A stretch of 64,000 nt of DNA from Oculina patagonica (Eukaryota). Below, piece by piece: positions 22,387 to 34,680 of the stretch. The stretch lies in assembly GCF_052425735.1 (NCBI RefSeq), contig NC_135770.1, positions 10,664,001 to 10,728,000 on the forward strand, written 5' to 3'. Below the pieces are notes generated by a model that searched no databases, had not been told where the DNA came from, and saw nothing but the letters and a program-made list of their open reading frames with translations. A program made the position numbers and the translations under genes. Numbering within the stretch: the stretch's first letter is position 1; each line of letters begins with the position of its first letter.

Positions 22387-25300
22387 CTAGTAAGAATAAG
22401 TTTATCTTTAGAGTCCTAGAAAATTCCTAATATTTAACTTAGTTAATGTTAATACATGGCAATTTATCACGTTTTATAATATTCCTTGCTGAATAGTATA
22501 GAGTAGGAATAACGAGCATTTTTATGAGGTAACACAAAAAATGCAATATTACCAGTAAGAAGGACCTCGATTAGTTAACAAAGATCAACTAATTGCAGAA
22601 CATTTTGATACGAGCCTTAGAAAAAGTATGAAGATTGTGGCGCATGGCGTTGGTTCAGCAGTTCAGAAAGTTGGGCTGAATATAGTGTTCATTTTCCGTT
22701 GAAAACCAATATATTAAACGACCCATGAAAAAACACTTAATCTTAGACGAATTGCATTTAGTTCATTTTGCAAATGATACCCAAAAACAAGACAGAAAAT
22801 ATTACATTAAACAGAAGATTATAATGAAGAAACTTCATAACAATTTTCAGGGCAAAGTAACTAAACCAATCTCAAATACTTCCCATGTGACTAATAAAAA
22901 CACTCAAGGAATTTTTTAAAGTCAAATAAAAGCAATATAACGGAAAGCGAATAATGCATCAATATGCAGATTTTGGAGGGGAACATTTTTGTGATGAAAA
23001 TTGGAAAGTGTTTTGTTCAATGGATTCTCAAATTGTTATAACATTAATCGACGATCCTCAATCGTTATAAAGCCTTCATGAAGCAACGAAGCAATTTCCC
23101 AGTCGACTTCTACCCGTTTATACGTCCAAATGAAAAGAAAAAAACTAGGTGCCAAAAACACCCAATGCGGACAAAATTAATCTACTCTCTTAATCAAATT
23201 CTGGAGTAGCATTAAACGAACTATCATAAACCGCACAAACGTTGTCTTATCAGGGTTAATAGCTACGAAAATACTTGAGACATATTAGAAATCGTGTACT
23301 GCGAATCACTGCGAATATCACTGCGAATACAAATAGGCTCGACTGAATGTAATCTCTTGCCCCGTGGTCTTTCAGTAGAAGGTAGAATTCACGACTGGAC
23401 AAAAACCTGAGCCCGCTTGCACAAAGCAACTTAGATTAAGTGGGATTTCTGCAACCATTTCCTGTGTTTCCGAAAGTTTTCTTGTACGCTAAATATATAT
23501 TATGCATAAATCAGCAGAATGTGGATTAAAGAGTATGGGAAATACAATGCTGGCACCAAAATATCCTTAGAACAGAGAAAACAGTTAGAATGCACAAAAT
23601 CCCACTTATAAACCTTAAATTGCTTTATGCGACCGGGCCCTAGAGCTGAAAATATGTTTATCCTCGAGTAACGCGCGAAAATAAAAAGATGTTCCTATTA
23701 ATCTTGACTTTTTATAACTTTTTGATAATCTTAGCTTTTCATCATTGAGTCACTGAATTCCTGCGTTGTTTCCATGCGAGGTACTAAAGCTTAAACACTC
23801 ACGTCACAAAAGACGAGAATTTAAATCGTTATTATAACTTACCTTGGCCCAGTGACGTCTGACATGAAAATGAGAACAGGAGCAAGGCTAAAAACAACAC
23901 ATTTGACGACATAATGAAGCTTCCCGGGCTTACAGAACGGTAAAACATCATGTCATGTCGTGTTGTTTTGACACTCCAATCCCAAAAATAACCTTAGGCC
24001 TTTATATTGAAAAATTGAGGTCTCTTTCCCAGGCAGGGAAAATATTTGCTTCTGGAATACTGAAAATCGACTTAAGTTTGAAATAAAGTGAAGAGAAATG
24101 GCAAAGGTTGTTGTAAACAAGAGAACGATATAGCTTCCTGAAGCAAACGAAGAATGAGGGTTCCTCTACAAGGTTTTTTATCAAAACACTCACCACTTTT
24201 TTAAAAAAATGAAATTTACCATATCGGTTTGAGAGTTGCCATGACAATTAAGAGTATTGACCCTTCAGGCTTTTATCACTTATATCGGCTAGGAAGAATA
24301 TTATTGGTTCTGTTTGCTTCCTAGTAAATATATAGGAACTTGTTCTTCTTTCTTGTAAGGCTTTTGTTGTAGTCACGTTGTGATGTTTTAAGTTGTTTCT
24401 CAGTTGTAGTGTTAGTATTACTTGTATGTTGTATACCATCAATGTAAAATTTCTTTGACACTGACTTATTTTAAGTATCAAGAACATAGCTTACATGCAA
24501 CTGGCTAAATTATATATGAATACTAAACACTGTTTTCCCATTCTGGTAAATAAACCATATATGTTCTTGTGTTTGTATTGGTAGGTATTTAAGGGCCATT
24601 AACAAATAACAATGAAATACTCATTGAACTTATTATTTCAATAGAATGATCTCGCTAATCACGAATCTGTACACTTTAACAAGTGTAAAGAAAAACTAGA
24701 TATATAGGCATGCGACCAACAAAGTTGATACATTTCTAGCAAAAACAATGATCACGAAGACAAATGAAACACCGTCTAGTTCAACAAATTTAAGGAATTT
24801 TTAATGACATTCTAACCGTATTTATAGAGATGTACGTTCTTTGATAAAGATTTAGCGGCTCTTTCAGCTCAAATCGCATGAGGTGTCTTGTCTAGATCGC
24901 CGCCAGAGCGTCGCTTTCGGTTGGCTGCCTTGCATTCCTTTGCTCTAAATAACGAGCATAAGAACAATTAAAACGCAACAGATCTTTGGCATAAATTTCA
25001 AAGCTGAATTCACATCCAATACTCCATTTTTTTACAAATTTCATACTGGGTGTAGCGCGCCGTTTTTGATGTATTGGAAGGCTGATTTACACGAATTAGT
25101 TGAACAGTGAAAGCTAACCATTCCTATGACGAGCATTTGAAGTTTAGATGGGACAAATCTTGTTAGTGTAGCCTGCTAAATTACGCATAATAGTTTGAGT
25201 CTGGATTTTGAACAACAAAGCAAGCAGAAGCTCTAATGGCAAGGCTTCTAAGATGGGCACAACAAAGAAAGAAATGCCCACTTCAAAAATCTGCGTTCTA

Positions 25301-26184
25301 TGTTGAAGATATTGCACACTTCGTTCAAAATTTATTTTGACTAGTTTGCTTAGCATTTTTATAACCGCCAAAACGTTTCGAAAAGTTCTTGAAAGAGCTT
25401 CTCGACAATTTTTTTTTATTAGAAGATTACATGACAAAGATGAATGTTACTGACTTTGTTTTGTTAGATGTCTGTTTGCACGTGCTTATATTGGCAAGAG
25501 CAACTTAAACTACAATATTGTTGCTAACAAAACAACAGTAAAGACGGTTTGGCAGGAAGTTTTTAATACTTCGAGCTAGCTGGAGAGCGCTCGAAGTTCA
25601 AGTGGCAGTCCCAACCAGCGAAAATTGCTGAAACAATTTGGAAATATGGCGGGGGGGGGGGGGGGGGGGGAAGGGGGATAAGGGCGCGGAAACCCGCGAG
25701 TAGGTGGGGCGAGAACTCTAGGGGCAAACGGGAGAAAAGAGAGCGGGAAGTAGGATTCCAAAGGCGGCGGGAACCGGCAGAAAACGGGAATAATTTTGCG
25801 ATATTGAGTATTATTTTGCAAGAGAAAAAGTGTCGTGGGGTGGTAACCACAAAGGCACAGGGCAACCGGAAGTAAAAGGCAGGAAAAGCGGGAAGTTCAG
25901 ACCCCCTACCCTGACCCACCAACCCCTTCCCCCCCTTTCCCACATATGTCAAAATGAAGCCTCCTTAGCATAGGCGTGTGGGGACCAATTCGGTCTTAAT
26001 GAGCGGTGATCTTCTTGTCCGAAAAGTTACCCCAACGCCCGAATGCGTGAGCGTTAAAATCGGGGGTATCATGAAACACACTCAAATTGCAAGAGCCCTC
26101 ACATACCCTACGATCTCTATTGCCAAGTCTGTTTGTTGAAATTAGCAATACATTGTAAAAGAAATGTTTTCCTTCCGTGGTGTT

Positions 26185-26922
26185 GTCCCAATATAATTAT
26201 AGCTATTGTCCATACTGTTGAAATCAGCTGTCAAATTTGTAGCGCCCTCGCGTTGTTATTGGCGCCTCTTAATGTCTATCAACTTTATTGGTCTCAAAAT
26301 TTACAATAACAAGAAAAGGACCAAAAAGGAATTGCGCGAACGGGAAAATCAAATTCTTCATTTCGATTCATTCACGCAAATTTGGAGAATTTTCCCCTAA
26401 CTTCGTGGAAGGCCTCAAACTAGAACTTTCCCCTTATTTCGATTCATTCACGCAAATTTGGAGAGTTTTCCCCTAACTTCGTGGAAGGCCTCAAACTAGA
26501 ACTTTCCCCTTATTTCGATTCATTCACGCAAATTTGGAGAGTTTTCCCCTAAACACCACTGGTTTGTTTGTAGGCGCATTTACACGACAGACGTCCCAAT
26601 ATAATTATAACTTTTGTCCATACTGTTGAAATCAGCTGTCAAATTTGTAGCGCCCTCGCGTTGTTATTGGCGCCTCTTAATGTCTATCAACTTTATTGGT
26701 CTCAAAATTTACAATAACAAGAAAAGGACCAAAAAGGAATTGCGCGAACGGGAAAATCAAATTCTTCATTTCGATTCATTCACGCAAATTTGGAGAGTTT
26801 TCTCCTAACTTCGTGGAAGGCCTCAAACTAGAACTTTCCCCTTATTTCGATTCATTCACGCAAATGTGGAGAGTTTTCCCCTAAACACCACTGGTTTGTT
26901 TGTAGGCGCATTTACACGACAG
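26185..26922. repeat. Tandem duplication (408-bp offset) containing a 76-bp subrepeat
   Basis: GTCCCAATATAATTATA at 26185 and 26593; ATTTCGATTCATTCACGCAAAT occurs three times in unit 1 and twice in unit 2, spaced 76 bp. Confidence 0.9.
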
Positions 26923-29614
26923 AGAAATGGCCCCGTTTTGATTGACTGTTTCTCTACAAAAGTGGTGAGTCCGGACCAATTTTCTGACCGGTCTTGTAAA
27001 TTAAATACGCTTCACCTAAGAACAAAATATAAAAAAAGCACTGGGACTAAATTCCGAAGGGAAAATCTCATGCATTTTTCACAAAAGAAGCCGACAAAGT
27101 ACTTTGAATTTACTATCAAATATTTACCTTTCGCCTTGTCGACCGCTTGACCTTTAGTCGCCTTCAAAGTCCTTCCTTCTTGATCGGTAATAACACATTA
27201 ACACGTCCACGGACTCCACGAAGGCCTCAAACTAGAACTTTACTTCATAAGATTTGTGAACAGCAGCGATTTCACAAAGCGCGCGTTCGCATTTTCCCGC
27301 CTTCCATGAATTGGCGCAAAGGTTTGGCGCGAACTGCAGCAAATGCCAACGATCGGCAGCTGATCAGCAGAGCCGGCAAACATCAAGATGGACCGTTTGG
27401 TCGTGTTGAAGAAGCCGGGTGGTTTTACCCGCCGAATCATGCGCTCGTACGCTTATACTCATAGATCAACAGGATTGCAAGACCTTTTCGCTTTCAACGG
27501 TAATCATCTACCACAATTACTTATTATTGTTGCTATTTTGTGAAACTTGTGTTGCCAAACAGCACTAAACATTAAAAACAAAACTTTATTTATTTCGTTT
27601 GTACCCTGATATATGATTTGAAATGACCCCCCCCCCCTCCCCCAATATACTCTATTAAGCCCCCTCCCCCCTACTCTTGGTGCCTCTCTCCAGTGGGTAC
27701 TGGTGAATTTAATGCTGAGGGTTAGCCCTGCGATGGACTAACATCCCATCAAGGTGGGAATAGAAAATATACTTAACAATTTAGGCTCCCACACTTCCAG
27801 TTAATTATTGACTTTGTGACTGTTCCTTTTTTCTTTTGTTTTGTTTGCCTCACTTTCATGAAAGCGAGGATGAAGGGAAATGAAGCATTTTATTGGGATG
27901 GATTTACCACATATTTTTAGTTTAATTAGCGTAACAGTATAAAATTAATTTGTCCTTGATACAATGGCCCAATCAGCATAGCAAATTTCCAAGCTTAGGA
28001 TTGACCCATTTTTTGCTCAAAAAAGGGGACTGGAGTAAAGGTGGAGAGGAGCCAAGGTTCCTTAGTTCCTTCTCTAGATCTGCGTCTGATTTACAAAATA
28101 TATTTGTCCTGTTTATTTTACTACATAATTGTCACTTTACATAATTTGATCTGAAGGTACAAAATTCACCATTGTGCTGTCCCAGAAAATATCCATAGCC
28201 CCCACAGAAGGCTTTTGGGGTTGTCAACCCCCCACCCCAACCACTCTGGGAATTCTGAATTAACCTTGGTCTGGCCTTTGAACTTTGGCTATTGACGCCC
28301 CCTCCCCTCCCCCTCAGAATTCCCCATTACCTTCCTTGGGGTGGGCATGGATATTTCCTGCCCATTCCCCTCCCCTAAAAGACATTCTAATAATACTATA
28401 TTGTGGCTATGCATTCAAGTGCATTTTACAACCTGACTGAGCCACAAAAAATAAAAACAATAAATAACATATTAAATAATTCTTTGTTCAGACAGTACAC
28501 ATGTAAACTCTTTTCACTATGAATATGTCTCTCCTTGTATAGTATCTCCTTTCCAAAAAAAAAAAATAATGTCAATATATTATCATTACATTGACTGCAA
28601 CAGCTGAGGCAATAGCCAACCAGGCAGAGTTTTTAAAGCTAAAGAATATTGTTTGTTATAACAGGGACTTGATTAAAAAAAGTTTCACTTTATCGGAGTG
28701 AATATAATTTTGATGTACATACCACATCAACAAAACAAATACATTTCAATAATTTATTTCGAGGGAAGGAGTTGAGGCCAGGTACATAATATACTAACAT
28801 TATGTTGTTATTTAGAGTGCATTCTTTTGGGACTATAATTTCTAGCTACATGTATTCTCATTCTATTTTAGGGATAACAAAATAAAGGGAATATCAATTG
28901 AATCCCAGAAAAATGCATATTCTAAAAAAGGGATACTGGTGGCAGAGATGACATGAAAACTAAATTGTATCTGTGGCTGCCGGGGAAGCTGGCTGCACGA
29001 TTTCCCGTCAAACCTTTTCCAAAAGAATGCATACCATACTCTGCCTATTTCGAGTAAACCATACTCTGTTCATTATATTGATTCTGTTATTGGGAGCAGA
29101 ATTAGCAGAATAAATAATTGGGAATAGGTCCCAAAAGAATGATGAGTCTTCCTATTCCGGAATACTCCTAAAAGAATGTGCTCTTAAATTCAGCAAAATA
29201 GGGTGAGCATGAGCAGATTTGGGGGGGAAAGGGGGGCGGGGGGCAGGACCGTTTACAGACCTTTGCTATAGACAAGGCAAGATGTTGCTAGGGGGTTCTG
29301 GGGGCATTCCCTCCAGAAAATTTTGAAATCTAGAAGCTCTGAAGGAGTCATTTTTCATGGGTTATTTCTTGAGAATAAAAAAATAATTTTTCAACTGGGG
29401 ATTATTTTCCCAACAAAACATATTTTTTCCTAAATCTTGGGTAAAAATCAAGACAAGGCAAGTGCCTTGTCTTGCCTCTTGCTAGTTACGGCCATGGGGG
29501 GTGGGAAGGGGGCCGCAATCCAAGTTGTGTTACGGATATGGGGTGAAATTTTTTGCCACCTGCCCCTGGATCCGCCCCTGGTAAGATTGATATTTCCCCC
29601 CTTTTAGCTTCTGA

Positions 29615-30781
29615 TTATGGCTTAAACATCAAATAAAACTCAGCAAAATGTTTCATTTGGCTACCGACACTTGAATGAACACCAATGTGACTGATCATGT
29701 TCGGCATCACCAAGTACCTCTCTAAATTCATTTTGTCAGCAAAGTCGTCAATGGCAACATCCAATGGGTACTTTTTGCTACATTGAACTGTTTTTAAAAA
29801 ATTGGCGAGGTCACGTGCATGAGATCTCTGATAAAGAACGCCTGGTGTACAACAACCGGGTGCCTTGACAACAGAATACAAGAGTGGTGAGAGCTTCCTT
29901 AATTCTATCCAGTGAGCTCTACCAACAGTGTAAACAAGCAAAACGATGAAGACGGCCCATACTATAAACGTACAAAACAAAGATTGTTTCCTTCGCGTTG
30001 AATTTCTCATTTTCAACTGAATCCACACAGCTAAAGAGCCTCCTAGTATACCGATCACTACAAGTTCTGGCACTTCGGGCCAGCCATACCCTTGCCATTT
30101 TTCGGGATAGTAGAGTTTCAAAAATGCCCAGTCTCGGCGACTTTTCAACAACTTCCCAGGCATTTTATGTTTTAAAACAAATCGAAGATGTTTGAGAAGA
30201 CGTTTTGATGGCAAAGCGTCGTCTTCTATCATTAATACGTACGTTGAGTTGTGTTGCAAGGCTATTTCTAAACCCACAATGTAGTCTTCCTTCTCGCGTG
30301 ACCTCGACGCAGCCGTAACAGGCAACGAACTATTGATCACAGGAATAAAGTTCGAGAGATAAACTGCATCTTCGTTCAATCCAGGCCGTGGATCCGAATT
30401 AAGGATTGTAAAGACACTTTTCCCTTCATCGCTGATGACTTGAGGAAGTAAACGAGAGGCGACTTGAAGCGAATAATGTGTATTGGAACCACGGTGAGCA
30501 GTCAACAGAACAATGGAAAAGTCGATTTGTCTTGCTTGATCATATTGAAGAAATGTTGTACTCGATTGTAGACTAACAAAAAATCTCTTCGCTTCTTCGG
30601 TTCGTTTCTCGTTCTCTGCTTCGAGGTATTTGTAAGGTTCCTTTGACTTGTGAAAATAAGACGAGAAACCAAGCTTTTGACACAACAATGGTAGCACGAG
30701 TACGAATGTTGAAATGTAAATACTGGCAACATACATGTATAATCCATTTCGCCCACATAAGGCCATGACTGCTGTACTCAA
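29615..30781 (-). CDS. PGAP4: PGAP4/TMEM246, GPI-anchor GalNAc transferase, single coding exon, 388 aa
   Basis: N-terminal TM helix, EKEDY, VLMIEDDALP, FLKLYYPEKWQGY, two internal TM helices, APGCCTPGVLY, PNMISHIGVHSS: characteristic TMEM246 motifs. Confidence 0.9.
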   Translation of the reverse strand: MSTAVMALCGRNGLYMYVASIYISTFVLVLPLLCQKLGFSSYFHKSKEPYKYLEAENEKRTEEAKRFFVSLQSSTTFLQYDQARQIDFSIVLLTAHRGSNTHYSLQVASRLLPQVISDEGKSVFTILNSDPRPGLNEDAVYLSNFIPVINSSLPVTAASRSREKEDYIVGLEIALQHNSTYVLMIEDDALPSKRLLKHLRFVLKHKMPGKLLKSRRDWAFLKLYYPEKWQGYGWPEVPELVVIGILGGSLAVWIQLKMRNSTRRKQSLFCTFIVWAVFIVLLVYTVGRAHWIELRKLSPLLYSVVKAPGCCTPGVLYQRSHARDLANFLKTVQCSKKYPLDVAIDDFADKMNLERYLVMPNMISHIGVHSSVGSQMKHFAEFYLMFKP

Positions 30782-31219
30782 GGAGTTTTCTCCGATTAAA
30801 AACCATTACTTTTTTGTGAGATGGACGAAAAGCATCGTTGCCAACAACACTGTAGGTTTGAAAACGTGCACAACTGCATACAGACTGACCACACGATTCA
30901 GCTTGCGTGACAAATCTACGTAACAACGTGACTTCTGTGACACCTTGCCATGCGCGTTTGGTTTCTTTGTCTTTCTTTTACAGTTCATTAATTATTTAAC
31001 GATTTATTTTTATGGTAATTATGATTCAATGTAATATAGGGAAGATATTTGTTAAATGTCCAAGAATTTGAACAAAAGAACTCTTTGTTTCGCCAGCCAA
31101 TAGTTTTCTGGTTGGCACATCAATAACAATAGGTGATGTCAAAAATATCTTTGCTATATTAGTATATAGCAGTAATATTAGTAATATATTAGTTGAGCAC
31201 ACGGCACCACAAACATTAA

Positions 31220-31495
31220 AGCCCAGCCCAAAGGAGGATGAGAGTCGATGAGAGTTCAAACTCTCACTCACGTAAACTCTCACTCACGTGTGGCCTGAAA
31301 CTCTCATGCACTCTCATAGACTCTCATGCGCTCTCGTCGACTTTGAACGTGCTCAAATTTTCACAATAGAGTCGATGAGAGTTTGACAGACTCTCGTTCT
31401 CGTTTTGCCCGAGTTTATGAGTAGTTGATGAGAGTTTACGAAAACTCTCATGAAGGTCAACTCTCGTCAACTCTCATCCTCGTTTGGCCCGGGCT
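31220..31495. mobile_element. PIF/Harbinger-type MITE with ACTCTCAT internal repeats
   Basis: TIR AGCCC.G.CCAAA.GAGGATGAGAGT..A.GAGAGTT; TAA flanks. Confidence 0.75.
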
Positions 31496-31922
31496 TAAAA
31501 TCTGATCGCGTTTAAATAAATGATGATGATGGTGACGATGACGATGATTTAACACTTAAAAGACGAAAACGGCAAGGTTTGAAAATGGGAATGGAAATGC
31601 CGTATTTTCATCTGGAATATGGGGCAGAACATGAAGAAAAAATTCCAAGACCCTCCAAAAAAGTAGAGTTAGGAAAAGGCCGTTAAATACGAAGGAGGTA
31701 AAGGGTATTTTCGTGACCCGTGATCCTTTTTTTTTCCCGTGGAATGTGAAATGGCTATTTTTTCCTCGTGAATCGTGATTTCCATAGTAGTCATGAACAA
31801 TACCTGAAACGCGTGTACAACAATACCAGAAACGCGCAGTTATTAAACATCCCTTTTATTAGAACTGCAGCTGGACAAAGAATCTTTTTTTATAAAATTT
31901 TTTCATTGAACCCCCTCCCCCA

Positions 31923-32093
31923 NNNNNNNNNNNNNNNNNNNNNNNNNNNNNNNNNNNNNNNNNNNNNNNNNNNNNNNNNNNNNNNNNNNNNNNNNNNNNN
32001 NNNNNNNNNNNNNNNNNNNNNNNNNNNNNNNNNNNNNNNNNNNNNNNNNNNNNNNNNNNNNNNNNNNNNNNNNNNNNNNNNNNNNNNNNNNNN
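31923..32093. other. Assembly gap (N run)
   Basis: Direct reading. Confidence 1.
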
Positions 32094-34238
32094 CGGGGGG
32101 AGAAAAAAAAAAATTTAATAAACCGTGATTTTCCAAAACGTTCTCTTTTATTTTCCGTGCAGGGTGAAATGACAATACTATTTTTGTTTCGTGAATTGTG
32201 AAAGAGCCGTTTTATTTTCCGTGAAACGTGATCTCCCCCCCCCCCCCCCCCCCTTTTTCCACCCTACAAGTAACGAGGATCTTTATTTTTGAAACTTTAC
32301 GGCAATGCTCTTCGTGTCCACTAGCGTGAGTTGAAGAATGCACATACGAATATTTTCGCTGACTTTCAGAGCAACCCCCAAACCTTGTGCCACTTATTGG
32401 GGTTATGTATTCCACAAAAAACAACAACTTATTCAATAATTGTGAAAAATTTACTAGTATAGAAATGAACTTTCTTATCAATCACCTGCAAGATGTTCCG
32501 ATTTGCTTGCAAGCAACTTGCATAAAATTATAGTTTTATTTAACATTTCGTGTTTTGAAAACAATAGTTATTACTTATATTTACATATTGCCTCGCGCAT
32601 ATTTACCCTAAAAAGTTTTAGGGGATTTGGTTTAGGGGATTTAAAAATAAACATAATTATATTGTGATAATTATTTCCTTTTGTGTTCAAGTTTCGTTCT
32701 TCAAACTTCAGCTTCAGTGTGAGATCACAAGAACTAAAGCCCTGGCCGAAAGGTAAAGCAAGTGGACGCAAGTAGTCGTAAGTTGAACTTATGTACAGGA
32801 TTTGTACAGCCTACGGAGCCCAGTTAGTGCCACCATCGATATTTCACTACTGTTATTTACTTTCCCGACTTTTTGATCGACCATAAAGTTTTTACCCGAT
32901 TTTTTCTCGACATTTTTCTCGACTTTTTTGCCGACTTTTTTTTAAAAAAAAAAAACATTTCAGTGCTACTGCGAGTGCTGCGATTTCAGTACCTGAAGTA
33001 AACGGCAAGACTTATTACGTTGACTTCCGTTGGATGGCCAAAGGGTAAAAACGTTGCATAGACAAGCGGTCAAATATTTTTTATCTCGACCAAAGTGAAC
33101 GAGCGTCATCGCAAGCCAACGCAAGTGGGCGCAAGTTGAAAATTTACGTTTACGGACGTCTCTATTGACCAGGGAATGGTATCTGGACAGGGAACAGGCA
33201 TTTTCTTTTAAAATAACACACCTAGCTGCGTGTGTGTAGAGCGTATAACGACGTATAAATGCCAAATAAATGGCACTTTGACCGCAGGTTATTTAAACAA
33301 TGTCCTGCAGCAAAACGCAGACCCCTAAGTTGACAGCATTGGGCTGGTTATTGGGGTTCTTCGAGCCATCTTGTGCTAAATTGTCCAAACTTGCAAAGCC
33401 AGATCATTTTATTGCAAGGTGCGCGCACATTGCAGAGGCTGAATCTTTGAATCCTTATCTTCAGGATGTGAAAGTGAAGGAGACTCAGAGTCAAATGCTC
33501 TAAGACACACCTCGAGTTAGTCACTGCCGTACTTGAGTCATTAACTGCAAGCAACCAAATCTAGAACGTCTTCCAATTTAGTATTCACTGAAAATGAACA
33601 AACGTGATAACAGTTACAACGTGCTTTCCACTACTTCTGATCATCATAAACATTTCACTCCAATTTTATACCCATAGGGGGCACACTGTTCAAACCGTTT
33701 TCGTAACAAGGAATTTTCACCACTTCCTTTGGAATCACTCTTAAAATAATGATAAAGCCCCTGGTAAGGACTGAGTTTCTTGGGCTTCATGGGAAAGGGC
33801 TTGTGCAACCCGCATGTCAGGCACTTCTGGGGGGAGAGGAGGGGTGTGCACAAAGAGATATACTTTATAATCACGCTCGTTTTCAGAATGGCAAGTTTTC
33901 GCATTCCTCGATTTCTTTAAAACAAATTTTTGAAAGGAAAGCACCCTTCCGTCTAAAGTTAAGCCTTAAATATTACACTGGCCTTTTTCCTGTCACGGTT
34001 TGAATTGTTTCTTTGCATATTTCTACTCATCTTTTGTAAACACTAGTTAAGTGAAAATCTCTTATTATTAATAACTTAACTTGGGAACCCAGGACCGTAC
34101 CGAGAGAATGTCAGCGATTGATCTTTCTTCGGAAGGGACCTTGCTGTCATGTATGCATTTTCTGAATCCAGTGCCAAAACCGAAGGCTAACATTTTCCCA
34201 GTCAGCAGCCCCAATGCTTAGTTTCCAATTAAGATACA

Positions 34239-34387
34239 GGGCCCAGTTGTTCAAAGGGTCGATAATGCTATCCACCAGATTAATCACTATCCAGTGGATA
34301 ATTCCTAACAAAACATACTACGCTATCAACCGGATAGTGATTTATCCGGTGGGTAGCGCTATACACCCTATAAACAACTGGGGCCAG
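34239..34387. mobile_element. MITE of the GGCCCAGTTGTTCAAA family
   Basis: GGGCCCAGTTGTT ... AACAACTGGGGCC termini, internal ATCCA..GGATA repeats; related elements at ~23408-23641 and ~47380-47700. Confidence 0.65.
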
Positions 34388-34680
34388 CCATGTAGCATGG
34401 AGTAGCTAAGAGTATTGCTACAAAAACATATAGAAAAAAAAAAGCTAGTCCAATGCAGGTAGCCCTGAGCATTTTGTAGGTTGACCCCGGCTAACAGTTA
34501 GCCAGTACTCGTTTATATGTCAGTACATGTACCCCGGCTGTTGTTTGAGGCCAGACCACCCAAGCCATAGTCCATCACCATCACTGAGGTTACAGGAACA
34601 GTAATTTGTATGTATCAGTTATTTGTAGTAAAAATTACCTTTAGTGGACAGCATTCAGCTGTCGGGTGAATAATGTTGTA

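Noticed and set aside
26185-26922. Regularly spaced repeats resembling a CRISPR array
   Set aside because: The intervening sequences are identical rather than unique spacers, the context is eukaryotic, and there are no cas genes.
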